A stretch of 64,000 nucleotides of DNA from an uncultured virus (IMG/VR IMGVR_UViG_3300042287_000536) (Duplodnaviria; Heunggongvirae; Uroviricota; Caudoviricetes). Under the pieces are notes generated by a model. It saw nothing but the letters and a program-made list of their open reading frames with translations, made no database searches and was not told the origin of the DNA. Shown piece by piece: positions 56,187 to 64,000 of the stretch. The DNA is taken from the IMG/VR virus record IMGVR_UViG_3300042287_000536, one strand, 5' to 3'. Position numbers and translations under genes: made by a program. How positions within the stretch are numbered: the first letter of the stretch is position 1; every line of letters begins with the position of its first letter.

Positions 56187-57205
56187 TAGAATCTATTCAT
56201 TTGATTATTAACATTAATATTATAACCTTGATTCCAAGGGTAAGATTTAAATGGTTCATAGTATTTAGCATACATTGCTTTTCTATTAGCTTCCCACACT
56301 TGTTTCATCTCTGCAAAGTTAGGAGTATTTACAATACTTTTAGCATAATTTCTTGCAACTTTTAATCTTTGTTCAACTAAATTTAATTTAGCTGTAACAG
56401 GTTCATCATTCATTAATAAGTTTTCAAGTATTCTTTGCTTAACTGCATACTCATAATACTCATTAATTTCTGGATGATCTGGCACTAGTAAGTTACCATT
56501 ATCATCTTCTAATTGTCCTTGATAAGTAATATATACTTTACCATTTTCAAAATTAGTAAATAAGAAACCATCTCTGATCCAAGCTTCTTCTGCAGATCTA
56601 GCATATAAATTAGGACAATCACAATCAATACTTTGAGCATTGTTAATCATTCTTAATGGCCATAATCTTTTATAAGTTCTTTCTTGAGATTTAACTACTT
56701 GAACAAGTTCATAAGTATCACCTTTACAATTTATTTGTATTTTAGGTTTAACACAGTATTGAGTCTCAGGAGGATTAACACATGCAGCAGGACTTGATGC
56801 ACAATTACATCCACCACAAGCAGTTCCACAAGTTTGACAATTAACTGATCCATCAGTACAAGGACTAATTATATCAGGTGTTTGTCTATATGTTGGAGTA
56901 AGTCTAACTTCCTCAATATGAGTACCTTGACTAACTGGTTCATGTATAGTAACTTCATCACAAATTAATGCATAGTTTAATACAAAAAAATCATCTGGTA
57001 ATTTTACTCTATTCTTTTTAACATCAAGCATGACTTCTTTAGTCATCATGATTCTTAAACCTAAATCATAAGTAACTCTCTTAGCAACCTTGATAAGTTG
57101 TTGAGGTTCAATCATGTTCTGTAAAGACAAGTTTTGAAAATCAACTTGAACATCATCAAGTAGTTGATCAAAGGTTCTATATTTTATAGTATAATTATAT
57201 GACAT
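56186..57205 (-). CDS. Tail ring / tubular protein with a Cys-rich insertion
   Basis: LP.DF, DGFLFTNFENGKVYITY.G...D.NG.LLVPD, A...A...P; position before the muzzle gene. Confidence 0.7.
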   Translation of the reverse strand: MSYNYTIKYRTFDQLLDDVQVDFQNLSLQNMIEPQQLIKVAKRVTYDLGLRIMMTKEVMLDVKKNRVKLPDDFFVLNYALICDEVTIHEPVSQGTHIEEVRLTPTYRQTPDIISPCTDGSVNCQTCGTACGGCNCASSPAACVNPPETQYCVKPKIQINCKGDTYELVQVVKSQERTYKRLWPLRMINNAQSIDCDCPNLYARSAEEAWIRDGFLFTNFENGKVYITYQGQLEDDNGNLLVPDHPEINEYYEYAVKQRILENLLMNDEPVTAKLNLVEQRLKVARNYAKSIVNTPNFAEMKQVWEANRKAMYAKYYEPFKSYPWNQGYNINVNNQMNRF

Positions 57206-57210
57206 GACTT

Positions 57211-57882
57211 TTAGGTTCTAAGTGGATTTTGATTATCATCATTATTTTCAATAGGTACTTGCATTAGCATTCCTAAATCTTTCATTACAAATTGTTCTAT
57301 TTCAGAAAATAAGTATTCTGGTATATGAGTATCACTATCTTGTCTTGGCATACAAACATCACCATCACATAAATACATCTGAATACTCTCAGCCCATAAT
57401 CCTTCAATAGAAACAGCTTCCCAAACTATATTAGGAAAATATAAGTAACCACCTAAATACCAATAGTATGAATTTTTATTGTATTTATAAGATGGTAAGT
57501 TAGCCATATTTGTATAAGTACTTGGGTAAGTTTTATAACACTGAATAGATCCATCAATAGAACTGATAGTTCTGAATAAGGGCCCATAAGCTCCTTCTAA
57601 TACTGTTGGCAATTTATCTTTAGTTCTCATGATAGTACAGTTAGTCTTGATACCACCACAGCAAGCTTCAATCTTATCTATCTCAATAAGTTCAACACAA
57701 GGAAGTTTTTCAAATAAACTTTGAAACCTCATAATCTTGTTTTCATTATCTTGTCTTCTAATCAAAGACTTTGCATACTTTAATACTAAAGAATATAGAA
57801 ACCTGTCTGTAAGAAAGGCATCTTCTTTGACACCCTTTACAATGTTTCTTAATCTTGATACTGTATCCCCAATTGTAGTCAT
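57211..57882 (-). CDS. Tail ring / tubular protein
   Basis: PCVELIEID...CC, RTKDKLP, YYWYLGGYLY, D...IPEYL; crAss-like gene order. Confidence 0.65.
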   Translation of the reverse strand: MTTIGDTVSRLRNIVKGVKEDAFLTDRFLYSLVLKYAKSLIRRQDNENKIMRFQSLFEKLPCVELIEIDKIEACCGGIKTNCTIMRTKDKLPTVLEGAYGPLFRTISSIDGSIQCYKTYPSTYTNMANLPSYKYNKNSYYWYLGGYLYFPNIVWEAVSIEGLWAESIQMYLCDGDVCMPRQDSDTHIPEYLFSEIEQFVMKDLGMLMQVPIENNDDNQNPLRT

Positions 57883-57888
57883 GTTGTA

Positions 57889-58485
57889 TTAATTTAAATC
57901 AAATTCATTATATAAAGAATCAACCACATAATTTTCAGCTATGTTTTTGAACCAATCATTTTTAAGAGCATTTCTTAAATACTTAGTTATATGTTTACCA
58001 TTCTCAACTTGAATAAAAATCTTCCACTTTTCAGGATAAACTTTTGCTACTCCTCTTTTAAATTCTCTTACTCCAGTGAAAGACCACAGATCTCTATGTT
58101 TAAACTTATATTTTGCAGCATAATTAGTATAGAAGATTTTAGCTAGGAAATTATCTGATTCAAAGTTTCTATGTCTTAATCTAGTATCATTTTTTATAGA
58201 ACCACCAAAATCAGTATTATACTTCTTTGGGCTAAAACAAGTACCAATAAATAAGAAACCTAAACTTTCAGGTAACTCAACACCATCTCTATTATTTATA
58301 GCATGATTCCATAATTTAGAATGAAAAGAATTAAGAATTTTTCTTACATCAGCTATGTCCAAGTTTTTATATTGAGGATGTTTTTCTACAAACTCAGCTA
58401 CAAACTTTTTATTCAGCACTGTATGAACCTTTTCTCTACATCTTGGTGCATTAAGATCAGGCTTCTTGAATTCTTTCATAATCAT
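57889..58485 (-). CDS. IHF/HU-like protein (crAss-type)
   Basis: Helical N-terminal part then GVELPESLGFLFI and F...R.FKR.V; position upstream of the ring genes. Confidence 0.55.
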   Translation of the reverse strand: MIMKEFKKPDLNAPRCREKVHTVLNKKFVAEFVEKHPQYKNLDIADVRKILNSFHSKLWNHAINNRDGVELPESLGFLFIGTCFSPKKYNTDFGGSIKNDTRLRHRNFESDNFLAKIFYTNYAAKYKFKHRDLWSFTGVREFKRGVAKVYPEKWKIFIQVENGKHITKYLRNALKNDWFKNIAENYVVDSLYNEFDLN

Positions 58486-58493
58486 ATCACCTA

Positions 58494-58524
58494 TAAATAT
58501 ACAAAATATTTTTCAAATTTTAAA
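58494..58524 (-). promoter_or_regulatory. Putative late promoter
   Basis: Minus strand TTTA, 19-nt spacer, TATATTTA preceded by TTTTG; lies just downstream of a terminator. Confidence 0.5.
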
Positions 58525-58563
58525 GATAAACTTTTATTATCTGTTATGCAACTACTATATAGT

Positions 58564-58593
58564 AAAAACCCCCAGTATATATTTAACTGGGGG
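58564..58593 (-). terminator. Intrinsic terminator of the Cys-rich gene block
   Basis: Minus strand CCCCCAGT-loop-ACTGGGGG-TTTTT. Confidence 0.85.
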
Positions 58594-58644
58594 CTCACTT
58601 GTTAGATCACGTTTAAACCAACAAACCGTGATATTACAATATTT

Positions 58645-59340
58645 TTAGCAAGAACCTATATCAGTAATAGTAAGAACAAGATTATTGACAGCATAAGTTA
58701 ATGAATCTTTTACCATACATATATCTAATGGAAGATCTGTATCTGTTATAGGTAAAACAGTAAATTCTCTTGTTGTACAATTTATATAATATAATGTACC
58801 TACAGGCATCATTCCTGTATTTATACCTGTAATTCTATAAGTATTACAAGTATAACAACAAAGATTTGTAGGTGTAACATCATAGTCAGTTACAATACCT
58901 GCTGGCATGTTAGATATACCACATAAGTTAATAACTTGGCCGGCTACTAGTTGTGTAGCTGGTCTTACTGTTCCATTACAGTTTAAACCTAAATCAGCAG
59001 AAGATAAATCAGCAACTAAGTCTGTTGTATTAGTTAATCTATAACCAGTACAAGTTGGTGTTGGTGTATAAGTAACTTCAAAAGGAACTCTATCAACAAG
59101 ACTACCTTCTACATTACATGTAGCTTGAATGTATCCTTCAAAAATTATAGGATCACAACTTTCTGGATCAACCATTACTGAAACAATTGTTGAACACATG
59201 TTTCCTCCACCTACACATGTAACTATGTTAGTACAAGCATAAGTACCTGGAGTTATTAAATTTTGAACTCTCCAACACACTCTGTGTTGACCTGCATAAT
59301 TTGCTATAAATTCTACATTTATTGTTGCTGGTGTTAACAT
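58645..59340 (-). CDS. Cys/Thr-rich putative structural (fibre or decoration) protein
   Basis: 231 aa, many Cys, beta-rich; C.TY.I...Y.NC module. Confidence 0.55.
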   Translation of the reverse strand: MLTPATINVEFIANYAGQHRVCWRVQNLITPGTYACTNIVTCVGGGNMCSTIVSVMVDPESCDPIIFEGYIQATCNVEGSLVDRVPFEVTYTPTPTCTGYRLTNTTDLVADLSSADLGLNCNGTVRPATQLVAGQVINLCGISNMPAGIVTDYDVTPTNLCCYTCNTYRITGINTGMMPVGTLYYINCTTREFTVLPITDTDLPLDICMVKDSLTYAVNNLVLTITDIGSC

Positions 59341-59351
59341 ATTTTTTTATT

Positions 59352-60566
59352 TTAAGTTAGTGAACAAGGTACATAGCATAAACATCCGCTCTGTGCAGCT
59401 GTTAAAAAAGTAATATAAGTATCTACACTAGATATAACAGTAGCTTCTGGGCGGCATTGAACTACAAAACCTTTATTTAAGAATGCTATTAATATAGCAG
59501 ATTTATTGGCTTCTGTTAAAATTGCTGGTAAATTATCTAAAAAGTTAGAAACTATACACATATCAGTTAAGCCTGTAAAAGTAGATTCTTCTACAACACC
59601 AGCTGTATTTAATATAGTAGTTATTTGAGTAGGAAACTGATCTTTAACTTGTTGCATACACTCATTAAAGTTAGTACCACAACAATTAGTTATAGGTGGT
59701 ACAGCAGCAAAAGCAGCAGCTAATGTAAGAACTAAAGGATCAGGAGTTGTACTCATAGCAATAATACTAGCATCAACTTCTATACAACATGGAGGTGTAC
59801 AAGTTGAACTGTATACTGAAGTATAATATAAAGCATAAGTTGAAGCAGATGCTAAAACATATCTATTTGTTGTTGTACAATCTGGACAACAGAAATTACA
59901 GTTAGTTAAAAACTCACCATTATCTAAAGCAGTTTCAATTATAGTTATAATACCAGCTGATGTAGGAGGACTAAGTGCTTCAATATTAATGTTTATTTTA
60001 TCAAAAAAGTTTGTTAAAGGATTAACACATATATCTGCTTTTGTTGTAAAAGAAAAAGTAGGACAAACATTAGTTGTAGCCCCTGCTGCATTCTTTGAAA
60101 CAATCTTCCAGTAGTAAGTAGTATTTGGTAATAAAGGATAAAGAGGAGTATAAGTAGTTAAGATTTGACCTAATGAAACTAAAGGCATTGATATGCTACT
60201 AGTTCCAAAGTAAACATCATAAGATGTTGCACCGGCTACCATGTTCCAAGTTAAAGTTTGATCATAAGCAATATTTGTAGCAGCATTTGCTGGTACAGCT
60301 AAGCTTGGACATTCAAGACATAAAAATGGAGTAAGTTGTAAAGCTAAGCTTTCAATAACTTCTTCTACAGTCAGACCACTTTCAATATTCATACATGCAA
60401 TCTCAGCTCCAGTATAATATACACATTTGCTATCAAATGTTTCATTACATGGACTTGGGTCAGGACATGATGGTAAATCAGCAGGACAATAATTTGGGGT
60501 TGTTAGACCTTGTGGAATACATCCGCAATCTCCATCACAACTATTTGTACAACTTGTGCAGCTCAT
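59352..60566 (-). CDS. Cys-rich structural protein with an FN3-like domain
   Basis: Likely start MSCTSC at 60566; CVYYTG..IAC N-domain; LTW.....ATSYDVYFG...LLPNTTYYWKI. Confidence 0.6.
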   Translation of the reverse strand: MSCTSCTNSCDGDCGCIPQGLTTPNYCPADLPSCPDPSPCNETFDSKCVYYTGAEIACMNIESGLTVEEVIESLALQLTPFLCLECPSLAVPANAATNIAYDQTLTWNMVAGATSYDVYFGTSSISMPLVSLGQILTTYTPLYPLLPNTTYYWKIVSKNAAGATTNVCPTFSFTTKADICVNPLTNFFDKININIEALSPPTSAGIITIIETALDNGEFLTNCNFCCPDCTTTNRYVLASASTYALYYTSVYSSTCTPPCCIEVDASIIAMSTTPDPLVLTLAAAFAAVPPITNCCGTNFNECMQQVKDQFPTQITTILNTAGVVEESTFTGLTDMCIVSNFLDNLPAILTEANKSAILIAFLNKGFVVQCRPEATVISSVDTYITFLTAAQSGCLCYVPCSLT

Positions 60567-60577
60567 ATTTTTATTTT

Positions 60578-62065
60578 TTAAAGGGTTGTTTCTACTGTAA
60601 ATGCACATGTAGTTATTACATTTGCTATATCTATTGTAACTCTAAGTTTGTATGTTGTTGCTGTAGTCAATCCTACAAATGAACCAGTATAAGTATTTAC
60701 ACCAACTGATATAAAGGATTGACTTGAAATAATAGCTACACCAAAAGCATCCCATATTTCAACTGTATAAGTTTGAGTATTTGCATCACTAATAAATGAG
60801 AATGCTATATTAGTTGCTGCTGGTGTATAAGTTACTACAGGACAAGATCCTTGATTTACAATAGTATAAGATAATACAGATTGACATTGAGAACCACTTG
60901 CTGTATTAGTAAAGTTAGGTTGAGCAAGAATAGATAAATTTGTTAATCCATTTAATAAAGTATTACCTAAAGTAATATTAAAGCCACCTTGTGTATTAAT
61001 AATACTAAGTATATCAATGTTAGTTGTTGTTGATGCATTATTAGTATCTGTAATTGTAAAGGGAGTTCCTGCATTATAAGTATTTACAAAGCCCATTGGT
61101 ATAGTTCCATTAACATATACAGTGACTGAGTTTGATCCTGAATCATAAGTTCCAAACATAGTTAAACCTATACTTGAACATACACTAGGGATATAATTAT
61201 TTACAATGTTTTGTACTGCTAATCTCATATCAGAAAGAGTAACCCATATATTACTAATAGTGTCAGATTCATTTTGAACTGTACTAACAAATCCAGGCAA
61301 AGCACTCATTACTGTTAAAGGATTAGCTAATGAAGGTGAATTTGCTAAACCTGCAGGTTGTTGACCTAAGCTAGTAAATATTTGATTAGGTGTTCCTGTA
61401 GCAGTTCTTAATTGACAAAATTGTTGTTCTAAAGAAGCTAATACTAAAGTTATAGTTGTACTAACTTGAGGTAATACACATACTGGAGTTATAGTAGGTA
61501 TTACAAATACTGGAGCTGGAGCAAGTTCTAATGCTGTAATTCTAGTATTGTATTGTATTAAAGTACCTTGAATAGCTGTGATAGTTGTTACCAAACTGTT
61601 TACTTTATTACCAATAGCTATTACATAATCAGTAAGAGGCATCATAGTAACTAAGTCACCAAATTGATTAGTATAATAAAATACTGGTGCAATAGGAACT
61701 ATAGTGTCCCCTGGTAGACTGTAAGATGTTAAGGCAGCTCCTACAACTGGTGTAGTAGCACAAGGATAACAATCATCCTTACAATCTGAACAATTTTGTA
61801 TAAAACAAATTTTGTTTATTACTAATTGCATTAAAGCTTTAAAGTCTGCAGGATTACAAGGGCCTGAACCAAAACAACCAAGATCATAATTATCTAAGTT
61901 AAATGTATCCATTACAGTACAAAGTTCAGTAGCCATTTTATAAACTACATCTGTAATTGAGTCTCCTTTACAAAGAGAAATACATGCAATGTCTGGACCT
62001 TGCCATACAACACAATTTGATGATGTATTAGTACATCCTGATTTATCTAGATTTAAAGGTTTCAT
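60578..62065 (-). CDS. Cys-rich fibre-like protein: coiled coils and a C-terminal FN3-like domain
   Basis: SSNCVVWQGPDIAC N-domain paralogous to that of the 59352 ORF; RITALE coil; FVGLTTATTYKLRV. Confidence 0.6.
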   Translation of the reverse strand: MKPLNLDKSGCTNTSSNCVVWQGPDIACISLCKGDSITDVVYKMATELCTVMDTFNLDNYDLGCFGSGPCNPADFKALMQLVINKICFIQNCSDCKDDCYPCATTPVVGAALTSYSLPGDTIVPIAPVFYYTNQFGDLVTMMPLTDYVIAIGNKVNSLVTTITAIQGTLIQYNTRITALELAPAPVFVIPTITPVCVLPQVSTTITLVLASLEQQFCQLRTATGTPNQIFTSLGQQPAGLANSPSLANPLTVMSALPGFVSTVQNESDTISNIWVTLSDMRLAVQNIVNNYIPSVCSSIGLTMFGTYDSGSNSVTVYVNGTIPMGFVNTYNAGTPFTITDTNNASTTTNIDILSIINTQGGFNITLGNTLLNGLTNLSILAQPNFTNTASGSQCQSVLSYTIVNQGSCPVVTYTPAATNIAFSFISDANTQTYTVEIWDAFGVAIISSQSFISVGVNTYTGSFVGLTTATTYKLRVTIDIANVITTCAFTVETTL

Positions 62066-62080
62066 ATTGTTATTTTATAG

Positions 62081-62112
62081 TTAATATACATAAATTATTT
62101 CTTATTTGCAAT
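62081..62112 (-). promoter_or_regulatory. Putative late promoter (variant)
   Basis: Minus strand ATTG, 20-nt spacer, TATATTAA preceded by TTATG; intergenic. Confidence 0.35.
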
Positions 62113-62115
62113 CTT

Positions 62116-63999
62116 TTAAGGTAAACATTCACAACTGCTGCTAAATGTATAATAAATTGGAAAAGGAGCAACACTAGTAGCCCAAGGTGTACCAATTGCA
62201 CATACAGTTACAAAATCTGTAACAGTTACATTAATTATATCTCCATTACAATTTTTATAAGCAATGTCAAATGTTCCAGAACCTCCTATTAATTCAATAT
62301 TTACACATCTACAAGCAACATTACTTATACATGGTATATCAGCACAGTTTCCTACAAGAGCAACATCTATATTTAAGTTACTTACAATAGGCATTGTTCT
62401 AGAGCAAAGAAGGTACAAAGTTCTATTACGAATTGGACTAATTCTAATTGCATTTCCATAACAGTCAATTGATGTTGAATATGTTCCTGTTGCTGCTTGA
62501 TTATTATATAATGAATAACAATAACAAGGTGTAGGTAATGGTGGTGGAGGAAATGGAGGATCACAAGTTTCATCACCACAAGTTCCAGTAGCAGAAATTA
62601 CTAAAGGCTCTACATCATAATTAACAGGAGGAAATAAAGCACAGAATTGTACTGCATCTGTTATAGTACTTGTTTGTAATTTACAACAACAATCTATATA
62701 AACAATAGTAATTGGAGATATTGGTGCAGCTACTGAATAACAGTTACAGTCAACAGGAGTTACTTCAACAACTATTTCTCCACTAACAAATACAGGAGCT
62801 CCACAAAGCGAGTCTATATAAGATGAAGTAATGATTGGTGGATAACAAGTTGCACCTAATATAAATGTAGCACTAACTAAACAAGGTTTTTTACAAGTAC
62901 ATATTGTAGATTTACATAAAGCCGGATCTGTTAATAGTTCAAAGTCTAGACCTTGTTTTTTAATAGACCATTGATCAAGATCATTATCACAACATACAGT
63001 AACACCATATCTTTTTATAATCATTTGATTATAAACTTCTAATGCAAAAGTACAGTTTACTCTTTCAATATACTCAGTAGTAAGACATGAGTTAGTACTA
63101 AAGTATCCTGGTTTAATTCTTCTTGAATGTAAAACTAAAGGATCTGGAATTGGTGGTACAGGTAAACAATCTAAACAAGTTTCAAATTCTGTAATAAGTC
63201 CATTAAGACAGATACTATTATCACAAGTATCAGATAAAGTAACCAACCAACATGTGTCTCCACAGCCTTCAATCTTAATTACTAAATCAAGATATATATC
63301 TAAATCATTACCACATACAATAAATGGATCAACTATATCTTGACAGTCAGTTAACAAATAACATGTTGGAGGTGGTGGTAAACAAGTAAGACATGTTGCT
63401 GTAATAGGACCTAATGTTACAAGTTCAATAGATCCATCACATGATGTAGCTTCTGATATTGTAAAACATACACAGTCTAGTAATTCAGGTATTATGATTA
63501 CACCACATGGAAAAACATCCATACATGGTCCACAGTTATCATAAACATAACCACCAGTTAAGTCAAGAAGACCCATTGATGTTCCAACAGTTGTAAATTT
63601 TGTAACTGTCCAACAATTATTACCTAATATAGGTAAAGTAATTATTTGATCTATATAAGCTTCTAATGTATTTGCTACAATAAGAATATTTAAAGGATCA
63701 CAACAGTTTGTAAGATTGTATTGAGATATACCAGGATCTCCAATTATTATATCAATTGGTACTCCTGTGTTAATACCTGTAGGGGTAGGATCAGGTAAGT
63801 CACTAGGACAGACTTTTATTATTTGACCTAATGATAAACTTAAATCATTACTTACTACAAAAGATATTCCACTGTCTGTACACTCATCTGTTAATAAATA
63901 ACAAGGAGGTACTGAAGCTGCACATGTTGTACAATTAGAAAAAGATTGAATTACTGTTACTTCTAAAGCTCCAGCACAGCTAAGAGATACATCTACTAC
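62116..63999 (-). CDS. Very Cys-rich tandem-repeat structural protein, 5'-truncated by the window edge
   Basis: The frame stays open from 63576 to the window end; repeated CYLLTD(C/E)...ND L....II...CW.V units. Confidence 0.7.
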   Translation of the reverse strand, partial: VVDVSLSCAGALEVTVIQSFSNCTTCAASVPPCYLLTDECTDSGISFVVSNDLSLSLGQIIKVCPSDLPDPTPTGINTGVPIDIIIGDPGISQYNLTNCCDPLNILIVANTLEAYIDQIITLPILGNNCWTVTKFTTVGTSMGLLDLTGGYVYDNCGPCMDVFPCGVIIIPELLDCVCFTISEATSCDGSIELVTLGPITATCLTCLPPPPTCYLLTDCQDIVDPFIVCGNDLDIYLDLVIKIEGCGDTCWLVTLSDTCDNSICLNGLITEFETCLDCLPVPPIPDPLVLHSRRIKPGYFSTNSCLTTEYIERVNCTFALEVYNQMIIKRYGVTVCCDNDLDQWSIKKQGLDFELLTDPALCKSTICTCKKPCLVSATFILGATCYPPIITSSYIDSLCGAPVFVSGEIVVEVTPVDCNCYSVAAPISPITIVYIDCCCKLQTSTITDAVQFCALFPPVNYDVEPLVISATGTCGDETCDPPFPPPPLPTPCYCYSLYNNQAATGTYSTSIDCYGNAIRISPIRNRTLYLLCSRTMPIVSNLNIDVALVGNCADIPCISNVACRCVNIELIGGSGTFDIAYKNCNGDIINVTVTDFVTVCAIGTPWATSVAPFPIYYTFSSSCECLP

Positions 64000-64000
64000 T

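Noticed and set aside
2785..62579. Short antisense or nested ORFs in the track (e.g. 2785-3081, 3829-4185, 5499-5903, 21958-22440, 31079-31444, 50686-51084)
   Set aside because: They lie wholly or largely within long, well-supported genes, on the opposite strand or in another frame, and have no recognisable motifs; they are treated as shadow ORFs.
1..64000. Stop-codon reassignment (TAG or TGA), known in some Crassvirales
   Set aside because: Genes up to 11 kb are open in the standard code. TGA ends several genes in overlaps with the next start, and TAG ends the 782-aa gene at 21054 directly after its terminal Cys.
58645..64000. Diversity-generating retroelement or invertible fibre cassette
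   Set aside because: No reverse transcriptase, recombinase or near-identical template/variable repeat pair seen in this window.

Overview
This 64 kb, very AT-rich window comes from a lytic crAss-like (Crassvirales-type) phage. A Bacteroidota host is inferred from TTTG-N19-20-TAnnTTTG promoters and A-rich translation starts without Shine-Dalgarno sequences. The + strand (1-17.5 kb) is a replication and nucleotide-metabolism module: UDG, DnaA-C-like HTH, DnaB, recombinase, SSB-like protein, primase, a MoxR AAA+/vWA-metallopeptidase cluster, PD-(D/E)XK nuclease, family B DNA polymerase, two GIY-YIG endonucleases, dNMP kinase and a MazG-like enzyme. It converges at a hairpin terminator (~17.5 kb) with a - strand virion module: Cys-rich tail/fibre proteins, IHF-like protein, ring and muzzle proteins, cargo proteins with xxxGG repeats, and four consecutive large ejection proteins including a 3673-aa virion RNA polymerase. 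Most notable observations: (1) the four large ejection proteins are almost Cys-free except for cysteines at matching C- and N-termini in gene order, suggesting a head-to-tail linked protein chain; (2) three paralogous proteins sharing a ~47-aa motif surround the MoxR/vWA pair; (3) a GIY-YIG endonuclease has inserted into the P-loop codons of the dNMP kinase gene and supplies its own promoter plus a recoded replacement N-terminus; (4) CpG is extremely depleted; (5) 15-nt TQPS-coding repeats bound apparent cassettes at the vRNAP C-terminus. Standard genetic code; no tRNA, CRISPR, intron or intein recognised. All calls come from reading motifs by eye; no searches were run.
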